Assembly (NCBI GenBank): GCA_964016885.1
Contig: OZ024744.1
Span: forward strand, 96,162,001 to 96,226,000
DNA from: Eledone cirrhosa
Taxonomy: Eukaryota
Length of the DNA stretch: 64,000 nucleotides
Direction of reading: 5' to 3'
Shown here piece by piece: positions 15,380 to 26,584 of this stretch; the first letter of the stretch is position 1, and each line of letters begins with the position of its first letter. The notes beneath the pieces were generated by a model. The model worked only from the letters and a program-made list of their open reading frames with translations, was not told where the DNA came from and ran no database searches. Position numbers and translations under genes: made by a program.

Positions 15380-18300
15380 CCCAATTCAATGATGTTCCAG
15401 AACAATATAAAAGAGATAATTGGCAATTTAGGTTCTGGAACAAAAAAGATCATTGGCAATAAGGGCAGGGGCCCCAGGTTATCACAGCCTGGGCCCGCTC
15501 GTCATCGTGCCATTGTAATAGAGCCAAACAAGGCCTTTAGTCTTGGCTGCTGGAACGTACGGACGCTGCTTGACAGGGATTCCTTGGGGCGTCCTGAACG
15601 AAGGACCGCTCTTGTTGCAAAGGAGTTTCGACGTTACGATCTTGACATCGTGGCTTTATCTGAGACGAGGCTAGCTGGAGATGGTCATCTTACGGAATTT
15701 TGTGGAGAATATACATTCTTTTGGAAAGGAAGAGATGAAGGAACCAGAAGGGTTAGGATTTGCTGTTAAGACTGTGCTTGTGAACAAATTAGAGGAATTC
15801 CCAGTAGGGATTAGTGAGCGTCTTATGTCCATGAGAGTTCCGCTGGACAAGGGAAGATATGCTACCCTGGTGAGTGTGTATGCTCCAGCTATGAGTTCTG
15901 TCGATGAGGAAAAGGTGTCCTTTTACCATGCCTTGAAAGGTGTTTTAAGAAATATCCCTCAGGCAGACAAAGTCATCGTGCTTGGTGACTTTAATGCTAG
16001 AGTGGGTAGGGATTTTAACACATGGAATGTAATCGGAAGGCATGGGGTGGGAAAGTGTAACGGCAATGGTATGCTCCTGCTGCAGATGTGTGAGGAGCTG
16101 GATCTGTGTGTTACCAACACCATGTTCCAACAAAAGAACAAATTCAAGACCACATGGATGCATCCTGCATCTAAGGAATGGCATCTTTTGGACTACGTCC
16201 TAGTCAGGATGCGTGACAGACAGGATGTGCAGTGTGTTCGTGTTCTTCGTGGAGCTGAGTGCTGGACGGACCACCGCCTGGTACGCGCAAAAGTGAAACT
16301 AATCACTAAACGTAAAATCCGGGCTCCTGGTGTTGCCCTACCCAGAAGATTGAATGCTGCTCGTCTTAAGGATAAAAATGTGAAGAGGACATTGGAAGAA
16401 GAGATGCAGGCTGCAGATCTTGGTGAGGTGTTGGCTGATAAGAGGCGTGCTCTGTCACGCTACTTGACGGCAAAACCACAGGAGAGGAATACGTTGCATG
16501 AGGAACTCAGGGATGTAAAATCACGTGTTAGGCGGAGTCTTTCTCAGATGAAGGATCAGTGGTGGTGTGAGAAGGCTGGTGAGATACAAACTGCGTCTGA
16601 TTCCAATAACACAAAGCTGTTGTACAGTCTCTTGCGTGAGGTTTATGGACCGTCTTCTTCTCTGGTGACACCGCTTCGCAGCAAGGATGGCAAAGAACTT
16701 CTTCGTGACTCACAAGGAATTCTACGAAGGTGGCGAGAGCACTTTGATGATCTTTTGAATCAGCCGTCTGTCGTCAGTGAAGATTTCCTCAATCTCATTC
16801 CAGAAAGTCCTGTGAAAGTAGCTCTCGCAGAACCTCCGACGCTTGTGGAGGTTGCAGTGGCTATTTCGAAGCTGAACAGTAGAAGATCTCCAGGTATGGA
16901 TGGCATACATGCTGAGCTCCTACAATATGGTGGTGAGAGACTCCTGCAGCATCTTCACTCTTTGTTTGGCAGGATATGGGCTAATGAATCCGTACCTGAG
17001 GACTGGAGAGATGCAGTAATGGTGGTCTTGTACAAGGGAAGGGGTAACAGGAATGATTGTGGGAACTACAGAGGTATATCATTGCTTTCTGTCGTAGGGA
17101 AAGTTTTATGTAGGGTGCTTCTGGACCGTCTGCTGACACACATTGCAGATTGTGTTCTTCCTGAAAGTCAATCTGGTTTTCGTGCTGGACGCGGCACTAC
17201 TGATATGATCTTCTCAGCTAGACAGCTCCAGGAGAAGTGCATGGAACAAGGCTTGGATCTGTATCAGGTTTTTGTCGATCTGACAAAAGCTTTCGATACT
17301 GTTAACGGAGATGCATTATGGAAGGTTCTCCAGAAACTTGGTTGCCCTGATAAGTTCCTTGCTTTAGTTAGGTCTTTCCATGACGACATGCAGGCTTGGG
17401 TTAATGTCGGGGTAACATGTCGGAGCCTATCTCAGTAAAAAATGGAGTGAAACAGGGGGATATTCCAGCACCGACCCTGTTTGCCATATACATTGCAATG
17501 TTTTTCTGTATTGCATTCAGGAATTGCGAGCATGGTGTTTACATCCGATATCGAACCTCAGGCAGCATATTTAACATCAGGCGCTTTGCTGCGAAGACAA
17601 AAGTATTTACATCAATCATAAGAGACTTCTTGTATGCAGATGATTGCGATCTTGTAGCGCACACAGAGAGTGATATGCAGCACATTTTGAATGCATTTTC
17701 TGACGCTTGCACTGCCCTAGGTCTGACTGTCAGTCTCAAGAAAATCGTCGTCATGTACCAACCTGCCCCTGGTAAGCAGTACACTGAACCAAACATCTAT
17801 GTGTATGGCAAACGACTTGGAGTGGTTGATCAGTTTGTCTACCTGGGAAGCACTGTCAATCGATACAGCAACCTTGACAGTGAAATCTCACTTAGGATTA
17901 GGAAAGCAAGTGATGCTTTCGGAAAGCTAGAAAGCGACTCTGGGGTCGGCGAGACATATGCAGGAGGACAAAGGTAAAGGTGTACAGTGTATGTGTGCTC
18001 TCTTGTCTTCTTTATGGCTGCGAGACCTGGGTCACATATCGACACCACCTTAAGCAATTGGAGCGTTTCCATCAGATGTGTCTCAGACGGATCCATGGCG
18101 TTCACTGGAGGGACCACATCAGTGATGTCGAGATTTTGGAAAGCTCTATGTGTGACAGTATAGAAGCTCTTGTGCTTAAGCAACGACGCCGTTGGAGTGG
18201 TCACCTTGCCAGGATGAAGGATTCTAGAATACCAAAACAACTCTTTTATGGAGAGTTGGTTAAAGGAAAACGACCGCCACATAAACCAAAAAAGAGGTAT

Positions 18301-19004
18301 AAGGATTCTTTGAAAGCCTCTCTGAAAGACGCTAACATCTCTGCTGATACATGGGAAAATATTGCTGCTGATCGTAATAAATGGAGAAAGACTGTATATG
18401 AAGGAAAAGTTGCCTTTGAGGCATCTCGAATCGCATACGAGAAAGTAAAGCGGGATGTGAGGAAGGGCATTGCTGTTGCACTTCCAGACGGCGAGGGCCC
18501 TCCTATGGTACTGACATGCAGCGTATGTGCGAGACTCTGCCTAAGCAAAGCTGGACTCGAAAGTCATCTTCGCAGTCATAAAGTAAGACCAGTGGTTGAC
18601 TACCAGGCTGCTGTTGGAGATGCTACTCATCATGCTTGCCAAACATGTGGTAGAGAATGTAAATCAGCAGGAGGGCTCAAGCGACATGCAAAAGTACACG
18701 AACTCCAACCACAGCCGACTATTCCCAGTGAATGTTTTGGTTGCCGACTCTGTGCAAAGCATTTTAGATCATTGGCTGGGCTAAAAAGCCACATTCTATC
18801 GCAGCGCTGTTAGTTGCTATCGTGTGTGTGTGTGTAGATATGCTTATGTGTGTGCGTGTGTGTGTATATATATATGTATATGTATAGTATTATTGTTGTT
18901 GTCGTTATTATTATTGTTGTTATTGTTATTATTATTATTATTGTTATTAATGTATGTGTGTGTGTATATGTGTGTGTGAGTGTGTGTGTGTGTATATGTG
19001 TATG

Positions 19005-19049
<45 letters not shown>

Positions 19050-19178
19050 CTTTTTTTTTTTTTTTAATTTTTATTTTCTTTTTATTTATTTATTATTATT
19101 ATTATTACTATTATTTTTTTTTCTTTCTTCTCGTACAATGGCCATACTCGATAACGAGGGGGCAGCCATCATGTATGT
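15380..19178 (+). mobile_element. RTE-clade LINE, near full length
   Basis: Single frameshifted APE-RT frame, microsatellite-rich 3' UTR, and a terminal stem-loop plus (ATGT) tail at 19131-19178. Confidence 0.92.
15389..18813 (+). pseudogene. RTE polyprotein (AP endonuclease, RT, three C2H2-type zinc fingers) with three frameshifts
   Basis: WNVRTL, LSETR, GDFNARVG, TDH; QSGFR, DLTKAFD, KQGD, LYADD; CSVC..H...H, CQTC..H...H, CRLC..H. Confidence 0.92.
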
Positions 19179-19180
19179 GT

Positions 19181-19510
19181 GTTCTTCTGGTTTTATAATT
19201 TCACAAATTTTTGCCAATATAGAGAGAGTCGGTTTCTAAGTTTCTAACATAGACACAAGACTCTCTCATTGGAATTTACACATCAACTAGGTAGATATGT
19301 ATGTCTGCATGCTTGCATGCATGTGTATGTGTGCAGGTATGGATGTTATTGTATGTGTGGATGTGTATGTTTTGAGTTGTATGTGTGCATGTGCATATGC
19401 TTTGTATCTGTACAAGTGTATATGCAGTTATTAGATGCAGAATTTTTGGAATGTTTTACATATTTTTACTGTTCCATTAATGGATTGTACCTTTAATTGC
19501 CTAACTAGTC
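19181..19510 (-). mobile_element. 3' end of (CATA)n-associated RLE LINE family 1
   Basis: Matches 28191-28505; ATGT repeats at both ends. Confidence 0.85.
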
Positions 19511-19535
19511 CTGTTGTATGTATGTATGTATGTAT

Positions 19536-20143
19536 GCCAGGTCACCAGTTGGTGCTACTGGTAACATGTATCCCAGTACAACCTGTCTCATGGTCGGGTC
19601 GTTGGCGACTAAACTGGCAACCCCACCAAGGTTTCTTGGTGAGGAGGGTGACTTTGGACATCCTGCAGGACTAAAAACAAAACCTGTCAAAGGGCAAAGG
19701 AGCTCTTAAGAGTCAATGGCCATCCAAAATCACCGGGAGAGATGACCCCTTAACCTTTGTCAAGGCAGAATTCTAAGAGAAGGAAAACTCTGATATAACA
19801 TCTGCAACCCTGATGGTATCCAATGATGTTGACTTGTTCTTCTTTTTGGTAAATATCATCTTGGTTAAGAGAGTGGGACTGGCTTTGTGCAGTGCCTTTG
19901 CTCACTATAAAAGCTTCACGGCACAGGCACTGTTTTATATCTGGAGATCTCTCTGCACTTGTCGTCACATGGTACCATGGGCCCAGCACTATGTGTCAAT
20001 AATTGTCACAAGTGTAGTGTTTGTACCAGAGTTTTCAAGTCGCTGGCTGGACTAAAAAGTCACACTCGTTCAGCGCATCGGTAGGGGTTCTCCTACATGG
20101 ATATAAAGTAGTGGCCGTACTCGAAAACGAGTTGGCAGCCACC
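19536..20143 (+). mobile_element. RTE-related family A copy
   Basis: Near-identical to 8190-8797. Confidence 0.8.
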
Positions 20144-20176
<33 letters not shown>

Positions 20177-20395
20177 TGTATGTATATTTGATTTGATTTG
20201 ATATGATATCATATGTTTGATTAGATATCAAATATGGCTAAATTTCCAATTTTGAAAAGAAAAGAAAACGGACAAATTAAATAGATACATTTCTCTGCTC
20301 CCATCACCATATTCACGTCCACACCCTCCTCACCATCACATTTACACCCACTCAAGTCAATCCCCAATCTATTTTTAGACTACCAAGCTCCCTTA

Positions 20396-20450
<55 letters not shown>

Positions 20451-20491
20451 GAGAGTAAAACAAAGAAGCCTTCAATACATCAAAAGTCTTT

Positions 20492-20536
20492 ATTAGCCGA
20501 CAATGTTTCGTCCTATTAAGGACTCATCAGGGCAAT
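20492..20536 (-). ncRNA. Minimal type I hammerhead ribozyme
   Basis: Reverse complement of 21030-21074; GUC cleavage triplet. Confidence 0.85.
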
Positions 20537-20579
20537 TAAAACAACAAGAAGTAATATCGGCAGATACAAACCGGAAGAT

Positions 20580-20617
<38 letters not shown>

Positions 20618-21029
20618 TTCATTCCTATCATGCTTATTTTTATATTCAAATTCTTAATAAGGTTTAATTTGTGCAGTGGAAGATGGATGTGTGTATTGTT
20701 GTATGTGTATGTGTGTGTACGTGTGCGCACATATATACATATGCATATTGTATCTTTTGATTTTTATTGTAATTTTAATGTTGGTAAAGGTATATTATAG
20801 TATGTTATATTGTATTATATAAAATTCCTGCTCTATATAACCACCTTTGTTTAGCTCTAGTTTTTGCTTTGGACTATATTTGTAATATGGTTCTTAATGT
20901 TATATACATCCTTAGTAATTATTATCATATATTTTTACTATATATTTTTGTAATACTTCAGTGTATGTACACTCCATATTCTTCGGAGCTTCCGGCTTGT
21001 ATCTGCCGATATTACTTCTTGTTGTTTTA

Positions 21030-21074
21030 ATTGCCCTGATGAGTCCTTAATAGGACGAAACATTGTCGGCTAAT
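21030..21074 (+). ncRNA. Minimal type I hammerhead ribozyme
   Basis: AUUGCC-CUGAUGA-GUCCU UAAU AGGAC-GAAAC AUU GUC-GGCUAAU. Confidence 0.85.
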
Positions 21075-21217
21075 AAAGACTTTTGATGTATTGAAGGGTT
21101 CTTTGTTTTACTCTCTTAATTTTTCGGCTCTGTTTAACTACATTGAGCTATACCTTTTACTGTCATTTCTATAATACGAAGAGGGTGTTTAACTCCAACA
21201 CACTCCAGTATTTTAAC

Positions 21218-21268
<51 letters not shown>

Positions 21269-21701
21269 TATTGAAGTTTGCTTGAAGCATTGTGGAATAA
21301 TAAGTAAATATCTTTAAGTCGTTTGGAAGCCTCGACAATGCAAATGGGTAAATCTCCGGGTAACAAGATCCGGTGGTGGAGAGAGAGAGAGAGATGTAAG
21401 TGGGTGTACGTTGAGATGCGTGGTGTGTATGAGATGTGTAGAAGAATGAAGGAAAGTGTATAAAGGATAAAATAAAAATAACAACACGAGAGAGAGTTAC
21501 CTTGGGAGAGATATAATTGTCCCTATATATTTCGGATTCACATCCATCAGGAGGTTGTTTTTTCCACGGTTATGTCAATATTTATAAAACAAATCTTGTA
21601 TTTGATGTGATGAAAGCGCACCAAGAATGCTTTGGTTGTCCTTGAAATATATATAATAAAATAATTATGGTTTTATAAATATAGTTTCCATTTATTAAAA
21701 T

Positions 21702-21749
<48 letters not shown>

Positions 21750-22164
21750 ATTTAGGTATGACTATTTTTATTTATTCTTTATATGAAATATTGATTATTT
21801 CTTCCTGTATCTCATGTCTGTTATTTTGCCTGAGAAAATACTTCTATGTATATATAAATAATGCGTACATATATTTATTTTTTTAATATCTCTATGTGTG
21901 TATAAATAATACGTACATATATTTATTTTTTTAATATCCAATTGAGTTCTTCACACGTGGTTAGAATTCCTAACAGGGTTCAATGACCTACGTGTATATT
22001 ATTTTATGTTTTACGATGACCACCGCTTCCCATTTGGGGACAGTGTGAACTTTCTTTTTGAAGGACTGCGGGACTTTCAAACTTAGCTGTCCTTCTAACA
22101 GTGACGGAGACCATCGCTGAATATTAATATCAATGTAGTTTTTTATATTGATATTGCCTGGCCA

Positions 22165-22286
22165 TCCACTGATGAGTTATAAGGGCCCACTTGCATTGAT
22201 ATCTATGGATTATATGCAAGCTTCTACATAACTTGGAGATTATTTTCCCACCTTGTAGAAATCTTATAACGAAACGATCGTATGGA
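22165..22286 (+). ncRNA. Type I hammerhead ribozyme with long branched helix II
   Basis: UCCA-CUGAUGA-GUUAUAAG[79 nt]CUUAUAAC-GAAACGAUCGUA-UGGA. Confidence 0.85.
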
Positions 22287-22516
22287 AAGAAAGAGAGATT
22301 TATTTAATTATGTCTCATATAAAATAATACAACCAACTATCCAGGAAATACAATATAGTTAGCTCCCCAAACGTATAATTGGGATTATACTTAGGTATAT
22401 CCTAATGTTTGTTGAGTCTCGTATATATATATAAGTATGTATACGTACATACATATATGTATACAGACGTACAGTAGCATGTATATACATAAATACATGT
22501 ATATATATATAGATGA

Positions 22517-22565
22517 GATTCTACAGGACTAGAACTGTTTCATTCTTTAGAAATCATCAGGAATC
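22517..22565 (-). ncRNA. Type I hammerhead ribozyme (inverted copy)
   Basis: Reverse complement of 22575-22623. Confidence 0.75.
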
Positions 22566-22574
22566 TGATTCCAT

Positions 22575-22623
22575 GATTCCTGATGATTTCTAAAGAATGA
22601 AACAGTTCTAGTCCTGTAGAATC
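22575..22623 (+). ncRNA. Type I hammerhead ribozyme
   Basis: GAUUC-CUGAUGA-UUUC UAAA GAAU-GAA ACAG UUCUAGUC CUGU A-GAAUC; first helix II pair is U-U. Confidence 0.75.
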
Positions 22624-22706
22624 TCATCTATATTAAAACTTTTATACTCTGCAATGTATTGAGTACCTTACTTACTGTGGTTACCTCCGATTCAACCCGG
22701 AATAAC

Positions 22707-22744
<38 letters not shown>

Positions 22745-23023
22745 GTATGGGTTTACCGAACATAATGGTCGGTTTGTTTGTAAACAAACAGCCCGAATTA
22801 TTAGCCGAACACTGTACGGCTAATAATTCGGGCTGTTTGTTTACAAACAAACCGAGCATTATAATAAATGTAAATCCATACGTACACATATATATATGTG
22901 TGCATGTATGTATGTATATACATACTACTGTACGTCTGTATACATATATGTATGTACGTATACATACATACTTGCATTTAAGTATCAGCCGTACCAAGAG
23001 TGAGAAATGAAATTTCATTTTTT

Positions 23024-23099
<76 letters not shown>

Positions 23100-23101
<2 letters not shown>

Positions 23102-23483
23102 GATATTAATAAATGGAAACTATATTCATAAAACCATATTTATTTCATTATACATATTTCAGGGATACCAAATTAAATTATGGTAAGCCTTCATCAGACA
23201 AAATACAATATATAACAGTTTTACAAATAAGCTTTGACGTACCCTTTTAAAATGCAACCATTATTTTTGGAAGCCATCTGTTATATATTGTATTTTGTCT
23301 GATGAAGGCATACCATAATTTAATTTGGTATCCCTGAAATATGTATAATGAAATAAATATGGTTTTATAAATATAGTTTCCATTTATTAATATCGTATAT
23401 CTACTCCAAATACTTGTCGAGTGCTTTATATCAGTTATAAAAATATTTACTTGTTGTATCCCAACAATTTTAAATAGAACTTT
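23100..23483 (+). mobile_element. Penelope-like pLTR fragment with inverted arms and hammerhead motifs
   Basis: Arms 23100-23218 and 23278-23399; CUGAUGA-AGG.AUACCA..UGGUAU.CCU-GAAAUAUGUA at 23299-23345 (helix I weak). A decayed copy lies at 21595-21705. Confidence 0.7.
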
Positions 23484-23552
<69 letters not shown>

Positions 23553-23606
23553 CGTTTCTGAATTTGTTTAGCAAGATTCTTTATCTGAAATCGTGTGTTG
23601 AAACCG

Positions 23607-24394
23607 ATATTGTTATACTTTTGGAGGGTCATGTTGCCAATAAGAAAGACACGCACCAGTTGCTTTCACTTCAATTTAATTTATTATATATTTATAAATT
23701 TCTGGTTGGTTGGTTCCACAACCAGATAGTTGTTTATATATAGTTTATATATAACGGATAAATATATATAGTTTATATATAACGGATAAATGAACACTGG
23801 CAAGACCTTCAAGATAATAAAGAATCATCTGTACTCTACCAACATGCTAAGATAGAACACAAGGGTAAATTAGAGAACATAGAAATAAAAATAGAATCTA
23901 CACACAGAAAAGACGCAATGTTTAGACAAATTATAGAGGCAATAAACATAAAAGAATTACAACCAAAATTAAATAGAAAATATGAGTGGAACAGCAACAT
24001 CACAACTTACAATTAAGGACAAAATGAAAACACACACACACATAGAACAAACAACCAACCAGTAACATGTAAATAAACAAATAAATAAATAAATGAACAT
24101 AAACACACACAGACACCCGGATGTGGCGCATGCGCAGACTGAGCACACAGCACACACACAGAAACAAAATGGCGTAGGACAGAACAAAGGAGAGGCACAG
24201 AAACAAAGAAAGGAATCCCCAGTCACTGTGACAGAGTGTGTGACGAAAGAACTATGACTATATATAAACAACTATCTGGTTGTGGAACCAACCAACCAAC
24301 CAGAAATTTATAAATATATAATAAATTGAATTGAAGTGAAAGCAACTGGTGCGTGTGTTTCTTATTGGCAACATGACCCTCCCAAAGTATAACA

Positions 24395-24397
<3 letters not shown>
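23607..24397 (+). mobile_element. Penelope-like 3' fragment (GIY-YIG C-terminus + pLTR) with inverted arms
   Basis: SVLYQHAKIEH..RQIIEAINIKELQPKLN at ~23825-23975; arms 23607-23745 and 24257-24397; core-deleted hammerhead at ~24221-24259. Confidence 0.75.
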
Positions 24398-24439
<42 letters not shown>

Positions 24440-24781
24440 AAGAAAAAGAAACAGGGGCTGTGTAGTTGGTGGATAAGGTGTACTTATAAATAAGAAGAAA
24501 GCGTGAACGTGAGAAAATGTTCCCTCATCAGTTGTCTGGTGGAGGTCCTGGATGTTTCTACGCATTAAAGACAAGATATCTTACCCCAGTGCGTCAACAA
24601 CTAAATTAACTATGGAGATATAAAAGATACAGAAGCGAAAACCAACCAAACAGTGGGGGTGTGTTCTGTTATTATTTCTAGCAATATTACAACAATATGA
24701 CCATCCCCACGGTTCTTATATATTTGTTATATATTTATCCTTATCGAGCCCTCTTTGGATTTTAGTCTTCAAATTTAATAT

Positions 24782-24877
<96 letters not shown>

Positions 24878-25007
24878 TTATTTATGTATATATATATATA
24901 TTACATACATAAGAAACGGAGAATTAAAATTTATTAGACATATTACAATCGTAAGAGTATCGAGTGCTCAAACGGGTTACTGCATACGGACGCTTTAAGC
25001 ATCCCAC

Positions 25008-25052
<45 letters not shown>

Positions 25053-25060
<8 letters not shown>

Positions 25061-25378
25061 AAAAAAAGATGAAATCGAAAATGCAACTGGAGTCTTATTT
25101 AAAAAAATATATATATATTTATTTGGTTCCTTTGCCGGTTTCGCAGTTCTTCTGCTTTTCAAAAGTAGAGTTGAGACGGAGGGTCTGTGGTTTTTCTCTG
25201 AGAAAAACCACAGACCCTCCAGCAGAAGAACTGCGAAACCGGTAAAGGAAACAAATAAATATATATATATTTTTAAAAAATAATTCTCCAGTTGCATTTT
25301 CGATTTCATCTTTTTTTCTTTATACTTTCACTCGTGTAGGACACCTCGGTTATTTTTCATTTTGTAAAAAAACCTCAC

Positions 25379-25385
<7 letters not shown>
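25053..25385. mobile_element. Fold-back pLTR-like fragment with decayed hammerhead
   Basis: Arms 25053-25156 and 25221-25324; inner palindrome 25178-25220; GCAG AAGAA CUGC-GAAACCGGUA. Confidence 0.6.
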
Positions 25386-25423
<38 letters not shown>

Positions 25424-25481
25424 TATATATAAAATAAAGTTAAATAAAAAGTCAAATGATTAAAATTTAGCTTCGTTTATT

Positions 25482-25536
25482 ACTGCTTTATATATTTCAG
25501 TGACAGCCATCTTTGGCTGTGACCTCTTCAGGCAGT
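25482..25536 (-). ncRNA. Hammerhead-like motif, cleavage site imperfect
   Basis: ACUGC-CUGAAGA-GGUCACAGCC AAAGAU GGCUGUCACU-GAAAUAUAUAAA-GCAGU. Confidence 0.6.
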
Positions 25537-25713
25537 TTGAATTAGTATGGTATAGACAAGTACATATTTTGTTTAGGTGTATAATATTGTCAATACTCTG
25601 ATATGCCCAGTTCCTGGTTGGGTTGTTATTTCATTGAGGAACTGGAATCTGCGCACTTCGTCGAGTGCTCCAGCCTGCATACTGAGGTGTTGGTATACAA
25701 CCAACATAAACTC

Positions 25714-25795
<82 letters not shown>

Positions 25796-25995
25796 NNNNN
25801 NNNNNNNNNNNNNNNNNNNNNNNNNNNNNNNNNNNNNNNNNNNNNNNNNNNNNNNNNNNNNNNNNNNNNNNNNNNNNNNNNNNNNNNNNNNNNNNNNNNN
25901 NNNNNNNNNNNNNNNNNNNNNNNNNNNNNNNNNNNNNNNNNNNNNNNNNNNNNNNNNNNNNNNNNNNNNNNNNNNNNNNNNNNNNNNNNNNNNNN
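25796..25995. other. Assembly gap (200 N)
   Basis: Run of N. Confidence 1.
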
Positions 25996-26117
25996 GTATA
26001 GTATATTTGGTAATATACCGTATGTTTAATTAAACACATTTTGAAGACCTTACGTTATCATTTTAAAGTAGTGACTATGTCACTTACATCTTTTTTTCAG
26101 CAAAGGAAGGGAGAGAA

Positions 26118-26158
26118 GCTGACAGATTCTGTTTCACACTGTTGGTGTTCCTCAGAGC
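26118..26158 (-). ncRNA. Minimal type I hammerhead ribozyme
   Basis: GCU-CUGAGGA-ACAC CAACA GUGU-GAA ACAG AAU CUGU C-AGC. Confidence 0.85.
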
Positions 26159-26584
26159 AACGTACTTCCCGACCTCTGCCGAAAATTATAGAGGCTGGAT
26201 TCTTTTAGAATTCCAGTAATAATGAGGAACTGATTATACAGAGCGATTGCCGGTCCAGCAAAAATTAAAAATTAGGATTGGTGCTCTGAAATAGCGATGT
26301 ATACATGAATGTATGTATAGTATATTTGGTAATATACTGTATGTTTAATTAAAAACATTTTGAAGACCTTGCGCTATCATTTTATATATATATATATATT
26401 GTCAAAATTGATAAAAAGTACTTTACCCGTTACACCAGTAACAGAAAACTTTCCAGGGTGTCTGGGTAGTTTCCTTATCCAAATAATGGAATGAAATAGA
26501 ACCTAACAGGCATACATAAAACTCAACTTTCTGCAACACTCTTTTCCCTCAGAAGCTCAAATATAAAGCTACCTGGTATCATCC

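Larger units (their letters stand above)
20446..21220 (+). mobile_element. Penelope-like pLTR fragment with inverted 5' duplication
   Basis: 20446-20577 is the reverse complement of 20988-21120; (TA)n on both sides. Confidence 0.75.
22432..22974. repeat. Fold-back (palindromic) element, interrupted by a hammerhead hairpin insertion
   Basis: Near-perfect hairpin at 22742-22885; outer arms 22432-22499 and 22903-22974. Confidence 0.7.

Noticed and set aside
17980-18813. Host C2H2 zinc-finger gene
   Set aside because: The fingers are in frame with the RTE RT C-terminal region.
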